The position numbers and the translations under genes were made by a program. From Eledone cirrhosa (taxonomy: Eukaryota), in contig OZ024741.1 in the NCBI GenBank assembly GCA_964016885.1, forward strand, positions 259,718,001 to 259,782,000: a stretch of 64,000 nucleotides of DNA, in the 5' to 3' direction. Below the pieces are notes generated by a model. That model ran no database searches. It was given only the letters and a program-made list of their open reading frames with translations, and was not told the origin of the DNA. This document shows, in pieces, positions 1 to 11,040 of this stretch. Numbering within the stretch: position 1 is the stretch's first letter; every line of letters begins with the position of its first letter.

Positions 1-1654
1 ACTCGTAAGTAAAAACATTAGTAAGTCGAAACACTCGTAAGCCGAAACACTCATAAGTCGAAACACTCGTAAGCCGAAACACCCGTAAGTCAAAACATTC
101 GTAAGTCAAAACACTCGTAAGTCGAAACACCCGTAAGTCGAAACACTCGTATGTCGAAACACTCGTAAGCCGAAACACCGTAAGTAAAAACACTCGTAAG
201 TCTAAACACCCACAAGTCGAAACACTCGTAAGCCGAAACACTCGTAAGTCGAAACACTCATAAGCCGAAACACTCGTAAGTCGGAACACTCGTAAATCAG
301 AACACCCGCAAGTCAGAACACTCGTAAATCAGAACACTCTTAAGTCGAAACTCACGTACGCCGAAACACTCGTAAGTCGAAACACTCGTAAGTCGAAACA
401 TCTTTAAGTCGAAACACTCGTACACCGAAACACTCGTAAGTATAAACATTAGTAAGTCGAAACACTCGTATGTCGAAACACTCGTAAACCGAAACACTCG
501 TAAGTCGGAACACTCGTAAGTCAGAACACTCGTAAGTCAGAACACTCGTAAGTCGAAACACTCATAAGTCGAAACACTCGTAAGTCGAAACACCCGTAAG
601 TCGAAACACCCGTAAGTCGAAACACTCGTATGTCGAATAACTCGTAAGCCGAAACACCGTAAGTCAAAACACTCGTAAGTCGAAACACTCGTAAGTCGAA
701 ACACCCATAAGCCGAAACATTCGTAAGCCAAAACATTCGTAAGTCGAAACACTCGTAAACCGAAACACTCGTAAGCCAAAACATTCGTAAGTCGAAACAC
801 TCGTAAGTCGAAACACCCATAGCCGAAACACTTGTAAGTCTGAACACACGTAAGTCAGAACACCCGTAAGTCAGAACACTCGTAAGTCAGAACACTCGTA
901 AGTCAGAACACTCGTAAGTCAGAGCACTCGTATCGAAACACTCGTATGTCAAAACACCCGTAAGTCAAAACACTCGTAAGTCGAAACACTCGTAAGCCGA
1001 AACACCGTAAGCCAAAACACTCGTAAGTCGAAACATCCGTAAGTCGGAACACTCGTAAGTCGAAACACTCGTAAGTCGAAACACTCGTAAGCCGAAACAC
1101 TCGTAAGCCGAAACACTCGTAAGTCGGAACACTCGTAAGTCGGAACACTCGTAAGTCAGAACACTCGTAAGTCAGAACACTCGTAAGTCAGAACACTCGT
1201 AAGTCAGAACACTCGTAAGTCGAAACACTCGTATCGAAACACTCGTATGTCAAAACACCCGTAAGTCAAAACACTCGTAAGTCGAAACACTCGTAAGTCG
1301 AAACACTCGTATGTCGAAACATCCGTAAATCAGAACACTCGTAAGTCGAAACACTCGTAAGTCGAAACACTCGTAAGCCGAAACACTCGTAAGTCGAAGC
1401 ACTCGTATCGAAACACTCGTAAGTCGAAACACCCTTAAGTCAAAACACTCGTAAGCCAAAACACTCGTAAGTCGAAACACTCGTAAGTCGGAACACTCGT
1501 AAGTCAGAACACTCGTAAGTCAGAACACTCGTAAGTGGAAACACGCGTAAGTCGAAAGACCCGTAAGTCAAAAATCTCGTAAGTCAAAACACTCGTAAGC
1601 CGAAACACTCGTAAGTCGAAACACTCGTAAGTCGAAACATTCGTAAAGCGAAAC

Positions 1655-1724
1655 GTATAAATAAAGATTAATGTAATGAACTTGAAAAGCATAGATATTT
1701 GAAACCGCGTCTATTTGTTATTTT
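1655..1724 (+). repeat. 70-bp AT-rich interspersed element, type A (copy 1/29)
   Basis: GTATAAATAAAGATTAATGTAATGAACTTGAAAAGCATAGATATTTGAAACCGCGTCTATTTGTTATTTT, between CGTAAAGCGAAAC and CGTAAGTCG; 17/70 GC. Confidence 0.95.
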
Positions 1725-2996
1725 CGTAAGTCGAAACACTCGTAAGTCAGAACACTCGTAAGTCAGAACACTCTTAAGTCAGAACACTCGTATCGAAACA
1801 CGTATGTCAAAACACCCGTAAGTCAAAACACTCGTAAGTCGAAACACTCGTAAGTCGAAACACTCGTAAGCCGAAACAATCGTAAGTCAAAACACTCGTA
1901 AGTCGAAACACTCGTAAGCCGAAAATACTCGTAAGTCGGAACACCCGTAAGCCGAAACCCTCGTAGGTCGGAACACTCGTAAGTCGAAACACTCGTAAGT
2001 CGAAACACCCGTAAGTCGAAACACTCGTAAGTCGAAACACCCGTAAGTCGAAACACTCGTAAGCCGAAAATACTCGTAAGTCGGAACACCCGTAAGCCGA
2101 AACCCTCGTAGGTCGGAACACTCGTAAGTCGAAACACTCGTAAGTCGAAACACCCGTAAGTCGAAACACTCGTAAGTCGAAACACCCGTAAGTCGAAACA
2201 TCCGTAAGTCAAAACACTCGTATGTCGAAACACTCGTAAGCCGAAACACTCGTAAGTCGGAACACTCGCAAGTCAGAACACTCGTAAGTCAGAACACTCG
2301 TAAGTCGAAACACTCGTAAGTCGAAACACCCGTAAGTCGAAACGCCCGTAAGTCAAAACACTCGTATGTCGAAACACTCGCAAGCCGAAAAACCGTAAGT
2401 CAAAACACTCGTAAGTCGAAACACTCGTAAATCGAAACACTCGTAAGCCGAAACACTCGTAAGCGAAAACATTCGTTAGTCGAAACACTCGTATCCCGAA
2501 ACACTCGTAAGTCGAAACACTCGAAAGCCGAAACACTCGTAAGTCGAAACACTCATAAGCCGAAACACTCGTAAGTCGGAACACTCGTAAGTCAGAACAC
2601 CCGTAAATCAGAACACTCGTAGTCAGAACACTCGTAAGTCGAAACACTCGTAAGCCGAAACACTCGCAAGTCGAAGCACTCGTAATCCGAAACACTCTTA
2701 AATCGAAACACTCGTAAGTCGGAACACTCGTAAGTCAGAACACTCGTAAGTCAGAACACTCGTAAGTCGAAACACTCGTAAGCCGAAACATCCGTAAGTC
2801 AAAACATCCGTAAGTCAAAACATTCGTAAGTCGAAACACCCGTAGTCGAAACACTCGGAAGTCGAAACACTCGTAAGTCGAAACACGCGTAAGTCGAAAC
2901 ACATGTAAGTCAAAACACTCGTAAGTCAAAACACTCGTAAGCCGAAACACTCGTAAGTCGAAACACTCGTAAGTCGAAACACTCGTAAAGCGAAAC

Positions 2997-3066
2997 GTAT
3001 AAATAAATATTAATGTAATGAATTTGAAAAGCATAGAGATTTGAAACCGCGTCTATTTGTTATTTT
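2997..3066 (+). repeat. 70-bp AT-rich element, type B' (copy 2)
   Basis: TAAATATT, GAATTTG and GAGATTT alleles. Confidence 0.95.
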
Positions 3067-3873
3067 CGTAAGTCGAAACACTCGTAAGCCGAAACACTCG
3101 TGAGCCGAAACACTCGTAAGTCGGAACACTCGTAAGTCAGAACACTCGTAAGTCAGAACACTCGTAAGTTAGAACACTCGTAAGTCAGAACACTCGTAAG
3201 TCAGAACACTCGTAAGTCGAAACACTCGTATCGAAACACTCGTATGTCAAAACACCCGTAAGTCAAAACACTCGTAAGTCGAAACACTCGTAAGTCGAAA
3301 CACTCGTAAGCCGAAACACTCGTAAGCCGAAACACTCGTAAGTCGGAACACTCGTAAGTCGGAACACTCGTAAGTCAGAACACTCGTAAGTCAGAACACT
3401 CGTAAGTCAGAACACTCGTAAGTCAGAACACTCGTAAGTCGAAACACTCGTATCGAAGCACTCGTATGTCAAAACACCCGTAAGTCAAAACACTCGTAAG
3501 TCGAAACACTCGTAAGTCGAAACACTCGTATGTCGAAACATCCGTAAATCAGAACACTCGTAAGTCGAAACACTCGTAAGTCGAAACACTCGTAAGCCGA
3601 AACACTCGTAAGTCGAAGCACTCGTATCGAAACACTCGTAAGTCGAAACACCCTTAAGTCAAAACACTCGTAAGCCAAAACACTCGTAAGTCGAAACACT
3701 CGTAAGTCGGAACACTCGTAAGTCAGAACACTCGTAAGTCAGAACACTCGTAAGTGGAAACACGCGTAAGTCGAAAGACCCGTAAGTCAAAAATCTCGTA
3801 AGTCAAAACACTCGTAAGCCGAAACACTCGTAAGTCGAAACACTCGTAAGTCGAAACATTCGTAAAGCGAAAC

Positions 3874-3943
3874 GTATAAATAAAGATTAATGTAATGAAC
3901 TTGAAAAGCATAGATATTTGAAACCGCGTCTATTTGTTATTTT
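3874..3943 (+). repeat. 70-bp AT-rich element, type A (copy 3)
   Basis: GAACTTG and GATATTT alleles. Confidence 0.95.
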
Positions 3944-5022
3944 CGTAAGTCGAAACACTCGTAAGTCAGAACACTCGTAAGTCAGAACACTCTTAAGTCA
4001 GAACACTCGTATCGAAACACGTATGTCAAAACACCCGTAAGTCAAAACACTCGTAAGTCGAAACACTCGTAAGTCGAAACACTCGTAAGCCGAAAATACT
4101 CGTAAGTCGGAACACCCGTAAGCCGAAACCCTCGTAGGTCGGAACACTCGTAAGTCGAAACACTCGTAAGTCGAAACACCCGTAAGTCGAAACACTCGTA
4201 AGTCGAAACACCCGTAAGTCGAAACATCCGTAAGTCAAAACACTCGTATGTCGAAACACTCGTAAGCCGAAACACTCGTAAGTCGGAACACTCGCAAGTC
4301 AGAACACTCGTAAGTCAGAACACTCGTAAGTCGAAACACTCGTAAGTCGAAACACCCGTAAGTCGAAACGCCCGTAAGTCAAAACACTCGTATGTCGAAA
4401 CACTCGCAAGCCGAAAAACCGTAAGTCAAAACACTCGTAAGTCGAAACACTCGTAAATCGAAACACTCGTAAGCCGAAACACTCGTAAGCGAAAACATTC
4501 GTTAGTCGAAACACTCGTAACCCGAAACACTCGTAAGTCGAAACACTCGAAAGCCGAAACACTCGTAAGTCGAAACACTCATAAGCCGAAACACTCGTAA
4601 GTCGGAACACTCGTAAGTCAGAACACCCGTAAATCAGAACACTCGTAGTCAGAACACTCGTAAGTCGAAACACTCGTAAGCCGAAACACTCGCAAGTCGA
4701 AGCACTCGTAATCCGAAACACTCTTAAGTCGAAACACTCGTAAGTCGGAACACTCGTAAGTCAGAACACTCGTAAGTCAGAACACTCGTAAGTCGAAACA
4801 CTCGTAAGCCGAAACATCCGTAAGTCAAAACATCCGTAAGTCAAAACATTCGTAAGTCGAAACACCCGTAGTCGAAACACTCGCAAGTCGAAACACTCGT
4901 AAGTCGAAACACGCGTAAGTCGAAACACATGTAAGTCAAAACACTCGTAAGTCAAAACACTCGTAAGCCGAAACACTCGTAAGTCGAAACACTCGTAAGT
5001 CGAAACACTCGTAAAGCGAAAC

Positions 5023-5092
5023 GTATAAATAAATATTAATGTAATGAATTTGAAAAGCATAGAGATTTGAAACCGCGTCTATTTGTTATTTT
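5023..5092 (+). repeat. 70-bp AT-rich element, type B' (copy 4)
   Basis: TAAATATT, GAATTTG and GAGATTT alleles. Confidence 0.95.
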
Positions 5093-5329
5093 CGTAAGTC
5101 GAAACACTCGTAAGCCGAAACACTCGTGAGCCGAAACACTCGTAAGTCGGAACACTCGTAAGTCAGAACACTCGTAAGTCAGAACACTCGTAAGTTAGAA
5201 CACTCGTAAGTCAGAACACTCGTAAGTCAGAACACTCGTAAGTCGAAACACTCGTATCGAAACACTCGTATGTCAAAACACCCGTAAGTCAAAACACTCG
5301 TAAGTCGAAACACTCGTAAGTCGAAACAC

Positions 5330-8210
5330 TCGTAAGCCGAAACACTCGTAAGCCGAAACACTCGTAAGCCGAAACACTCGTAAGTCGGAACACTCGTAAG
5401 TCAGAACACTCATAAGTCAGAACACTCGTAAGTCAGAACACTCGTAAGTCGAAACACTCGTAAGCCGAAACACCGTAAGTCGAAACACCCGTATGTCGAA
5501 ACACTCGTAAGCCGAAACACTCTTAAGTCGAAACACTCATAAGCCGAAACACTCGTAAGTCGGAACACTCGTAAATCAGAACACCCGCAAGTCAGAACAC
5601 TCGTAAATCAGAACACTCTTAAGTCGAAACTTACGTACGCCGAAACAATCGTAAGTCGAAACACTCGTAAGTCGAAACATCCTTAAGTCGAAACACTCGT
5701 ACACCGAAACACTCGTAAGTATAAACATTAGTAAGTCGAAACACTCGTATGTCGAAACACTCGTAAACCGAAACACTCGTAAGTCGGAACACTCGTAAGT
5801 CAGAACACTCGTAAGTCAGAACACTCGTAAGTCGAAACACTCATAAGTCGAAACACCCGTAAGTCGAAACACTCGTAAGTCGAAACACCCATAAGCCGAA
5901 ACACTCGTAAGCCAAAACATTCGTAAGTCGAAACACTCGTAAACCGAAACACTCGTAAGCCAAAACATTCGTATGTCGAAACACTCGTAAGTCGAAACAC
6001 CCATAGCCGAAACACTTGTAAGTCTGAACACACGTAAGTCAGAACACCCGTAAGTCAGAACACTCGTAAGTCAGAACACTCGTAAGTCAGAACACTCGTA
6101 AGTCAGAACACTCGTAAGTCAGAGCACTCGTATCGAAACACTCGTATGTCAAAACACCCGTAAGTCAAAACACTCGTAAGTCGAAACACTCGTAAGCCGA
6201 AACACCGTAAGCCAAAACACTCGTAAGTCGAAACACCCCTAAGTCGGAACACTCGTAAGTCGAAACACTCGTAAGTCGAAACACTCGTAAGCCGAAACAC
6301 TCGTAAGCCGAAACACTCGTAAGTCGGAACACTCGTAAGTCGGAACACTCGTAAGTCAGAACACTCGTAAGTCAGAACACTCGTAAGTCAGAACACTCGT
6401 AAGTCAGAACACTCGTAAGTCGAAACACTCGTATCGAAACACTCGTATGTCAAAACACCCGTAAGTCAAAACACTCGTAAGTCGAAACACTCGTAAGTCG
6501 AAACATTCGTAAGTCGAAACATCCGTAAATCAGAACACTCTTAAGTCGAAACACTCGTAAGTCGAAACACTCGTAAGCCGAAACACTCGTAAGTCGAAGT
6601 ACTCGTATCGAAACACTCGTAAGTCGAAACACCCTTAAGTCAAAACACTCGTAAGCCAAAACACTCGTAAGTCGAAACACTCGTAAGTCGGAACACTCGT
6701 AAGTCAGAACACTCGTAAATCAGAACACTCGTAAGTGGAAACACGCGTAAGTCGAAACACTCATAAGTCGAAACACTCGTAAGCCGAAACACTCGTAAGC
6801 CGAAACACTCGTAAGTCGAAACACTCGTAAGTCGGAACACTCGTAAGTCAGAACACTCATAAGTCAGAACACTCGTAAGTCAGAACACTCGTAAGTCGAA
6901 ACACTCGTAAGCCGAAACACCGTAAGTCGAAACACCCGTATGTCGAAACACTCGTAAGCCGAAACACTCTTAAGTCGAAACACTCATAAGCCGAAACACT
7001 CGTAAGTCGGAACACTCGTAAATCAGAACACCCGCAAGTCAGAACACTCGTAAATCAGAACACTCTTAAGTCGAAACTTACGTACGCCGAAACAATCGTA
7101 AGTCGAAACACTCGTAAGTCGAAACATCCTTAAGTCGAAACACTCGTACACCGAAACACTCGTAAGTATAAACATTAGTAAGTCAAAACACTCGTATGTC
7201 GAAACACTCGTAAACCGAAACACTCGTAAGTCGGAACACTCGTAAGTCAGAACACTCGTAAGTCAGAACACTCGTAAGTCGAAACACTCATAAGTCGAAA
7301 CACCCGTAAGTCGAAACACTCGTAAGTCGAAACACCCATAAGCCGAAACACTCGTAAGCCAAAACATTCGTAAGTCGAAACACTCGTAAACCGAAACACT
7401 CGTAAGCCAAAACATTCGTATGTCGAAACACTCGTAAGTCGAAACACCCATAGCCGAAACACTTGTAAGTCTGAACACACGTAAGTCAGAACACCCGTAA
7501 GTCAGAACACTCGTAAGTCAGAACACTCGTAAGTCAGAACACTCGTAAGTCAGAGCACTCGTATCGAAACACTCGTATGTCAAAACACCCGTAAGTCAAA
7601 ACACTCGTAAGTCGAAACACTCGTAAGCCGAAACACCGTAAGCCAAAACACTCGTAAGTCGAAACACCCCTAAGTCGGAACACTCGTAAGTCGAAACACT
7701 CGTAAGTCGAAACACTCGTAAGCCGAAACACTCGTAAGCCGAAACACTCGTAAGTCGGAACACTCGTAAGTCGGAACACTCGTAAGTCAGAACACTCGTA
7801 AGTCAGAACACTCGTAAGTCAGAACACTCGTAAGTCAGAACACTCGTAAGTCGAAACACTCGTATCGAAACACTCGTATGTCAAAACACCCGTAAGTCAA
7901 AACACTCGTAAGTCGAAACACTCGTAAGTCGAAACATTCGTAAGTCGAAACATCCGTAAATCAGAACACTCTTAAGTCGAAACACTCGTAAGTCGAAACA
8001 CTCGTAAGCCGAAACACTCGTAAGTCGAAGTACTCGTATCGAAACACTCGTAAGTCGAAACACCCTTAAGTCAAAACACTCGTAAGCCAAAACACTCGTA
8101 AGTCGAAACACTCGTAAGTCGGAACACTCGTAAGTCAGAACACTCGTAAATCAGAACACTCGTAAGTGGAAACACGCGTAAGTCGAAACACTCATAAGTC
8201 GAAACACTCG
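5330..8210 (+). repeat. Higher-order tandem duplication, ~1431-1447-bp unit
   Basis: Offsets 5576->7023 (1447); 6103->7534 and 6450->7881 (1431); shared GAAGTACTC and AACTTACGTACG variants. Confidence 0.85.
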
Positions 8211-9779
8211 TAAGTCGAAACACCCGTAAGTCGAAACACTCGTATGTCGAATAACTCGTAAGCCGAAACACCGTAAGTCAAAACACTCGTAAGTCGAAAC
8301 ACTCGTAAGTCGAAACACCCATAAGCCGAAACACTCGTAAGCCAAAACATTCGTAAGTCGAAACACTCGTAAACCGAAACACTCGTAAGCCAAAACATTC
8401 GTAAGTCGAAACACTCGTAAGTCGAAACACCCATAGCCGAAACACTCGTAAGTCTGAACACACGTAAGTCAGAACAGCCGTAAGTCAGAACACTCGTAAG
8501 TCAGAACACTCGTAAGTCAGAACACTCGTAAGTCAGAGCACTCGTATCGAAACACTCGTATGTCAAAACACCCGTAAGTCAAAACACTCGTAAGTCGAAA
8601 CACTCGTAAGTCGAAACACTCGTATGTCGAAACATCCGTAAATCAGAACACTCGTAAGTCGAAACACTCGTAAGTCGAAACACTCGTAAGCCGAAACACT
8701 CGTAAGTCGAAGCACTCGTATCGAAACACTCGTAAGTCGAAACACCCTTAAGTCAAAACACTCGTAAGCCAAAACACTCGTAAGTCGAAACACTCGTAAG
8801 TCGGAACACTCGTAAGTCAGAACACTCGTAAGTCAGAACACTCGTAAGTGGAAACACGCGTAAGTCGAAAGACCCGTAAGTCAAAAATCTCGTAAGTCAA
8901 AACACTCGTAAGCCGAAACACTCGTAAGTCGAAACACTCGTAAGTCGAAACACCCGTAAGTCGGAACACTCGTAAGTCAGAATACTCGTAAGTCAAAACA
9001 CTCGTAAACCGGAACACCCGTAAGGCAAAACATTCGCATGTCAAAACACTCGTAAGTCGAAACACTCGTAAGCCGAAACACTCGTAAGTCGAAACACTCG
9101 TAAGTCGAAACACTCGTAAGTCGAAACACTCGTAAGTCAGTGCACCCGTAAGTCAGAACACTCGTAGTCAGAATACTCGTAAGTAGAAACACTCGTATGT
9201 CGAAACACCCGTAAGTCGAAACACTCATAAGTCGAAACACTCGTAAGCCGAAACACCCGTAAGTCAAAACATTCGTAAGTCAAAACACTCGTAAGTCGAA
9301 ACACCCGTAAGTCAAAACACTCGTATGTCGAAACACTCGTAAGCCGAAACAACGTAAGTAAAAACACTCGTAAGTCGAAACACCCATAAGTCGAAACACT
9401 CGTAAGCCGAAACACTCGTAAGTCGAAACACTCATAAGCCGAAACACTCGTAAGTCGGAACACTCGTAAATCAGAACACCCGCAAGTCAGAACACTCGTA
9501 AATCAGAACACTCTTAAGTCGAAACTCACGTACGCTGAAACACTCGTAAGTCGAAACACTCGTAAGTCGAAACATCCTTAAGTCGAAACACTCGTACACC
9601 GAAACACTCGTAAGTATAAACATTAGTAAGTCGAAACACTCGTAAGCCGAAACACTCGTAAGTCGAAACACCCGTAAATCGAAACACCCCTAAGTCAAAA
9701 CACTCGTATGTCGAAACACTCGTAAACCGAAACACTCGTAAGTCGGAACACTCATAAGTCAGAACACTCGTAAGTCAGA

Positions 9780-11040
9780 ACACTCGTAAGTCGAAACACT
9801 CATAAGTCGAAACACTCGTAAGTCGAAACACCCGTAAGTCGAAACCCCCGTAAGTCGAAACACTCGTATGTCGAATAACTCGTAAGCTGAAACACCGTAA
9901 GTCAAAACACTCGTAAGTCAAAACACTCGTAAGTCGAAACACCCATAAGCCGAAACACTCGTAAGCCAAAACATTCGTAAGTCGAAACACTCGTAAACCG
10001 AAACACTCGTAAGCCAAAACATTCGTAAGTCGAAACACTCGTAAGTCGAAACACCCATAGCCGAAACACTCGTAAGTCGGAACACACGTAAGTCAGAACA
10101 CCCGTAAGTCAGAACACTCGTAAGTCAGAACACTCGTAAGTCAGAGCACTCGTATCGAAACACTCGTATGTCAAAACACCCGTAAGTCAAAACACTCGTA
10201 AGTCGAAACACTCGTAAGCCGAAACACCGTAAGCCAAAACACTCGTAAGTCGAAACACCCGTAAGTCGGAACACTCGTAAGTCGAAACACTCGTAAGTCG
10301 AAACACTCGTAAGCCGAAACACTCGTAAGCCGAAACACTCGTAAGTCGGAACACTCGTAAGTCGGAACACTCGTAAGTCAGAACACTCGTAAGTCAGAAC
10401 ACTCGTAAGTCAGAACACTCGTAAGTCAGAATACTCGTAAGTCGAAACACCCGTAAGTCGAAACACCCGTAAGTCGAAACACTCGTATGTCGAATAACTC
10501 GTAAGCCGAAACACCGTAAGTCAAAACACTCGTAAGTCGAAACACTCGTAAGTCGAAACACCCATAAGCCGAAACACTCGTAAGCCAAAACATTCGTAAG
10601 TCGAAACACTCGTAAACCGAAACACTCGTAAGCCAAAACATTCGTAAGTCGAAACACTCGTAAGTCGAAACACCCATAGCCGAAACACTTGTAAGTCTGA
10701 ACACACGTAAGTCAGAACACCCGTAAGTCAGAACACTCGTAAGTCAGAACACTCGTAAGTCAGAACACTCGTAAGTCAGAGCACTCGTATCGAAACACTC
10801 GTATGTCAAAACACCCGTAAGTCAAAACACTCGTAAGTCGAAACACTCGTAAGCCGAAACACCGTAAGCCAAAACACTCGTAAGTCGAAACACCCGTAAG
10901 TCGGAACACTCGTAAGTCGAAACACTCGTAAGTCGAAACACTCGTAAGCCGAAACACTCGTAAGCCGAAACACTCGTAAGTCGGAACACTCGTAAGTCGG
11001 AACACTCGTAAGTCAGAACACTCGTAAGTCAGAACACTCG
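9780..11040 (+). repeat. Higher-order tandem duplication, ~619-635-bp unit (also at ~36260-37530)
   Basis: Offsets 9775->10394, 10125->10760 and 36610->37245. Confidence 0.8.

Larger units (their letters stand above)
1070..5350 (+). repeat. Higher-order repeat, 2 tandem copies of a ~2.0-2.2 kb unit (one A and one B' element each)
   Basis: ORF-track offsets 1250->3469 and 1504->3723 (2219); 2273->4299 and 2735->4761 (2026). Confidence 0.85.

Noticed and set aside
1698-1710. CHR/E2F-like TTTGAAACCGCG cell-cycle promoter motif
   Set aside because: The GC box is on the wrong side of TTTGAA for a CDE-CHR pair, the motif is short, and there is no downstream gene.
1655-1724. 70-bp element as a MITE or mobile element (AAATAA...TTATTT and ATAGA...TCTAT inverted matches)
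   Set aside because: The inverted matches are only 5-6 bp in AT-rich DNA and there is no target-site duplication. All copies share one register and flank, so they spread by array duplication, not transposition.
1655-1724. Yeast point-centromere CDEII or ARS consensus
   Set aside because: Only 76% AT (CDEII is >90%), no CDEI or CDEIII, and the ARS-consensus match I checked (minus-strand ATTTATACGTT) is only 9/11.
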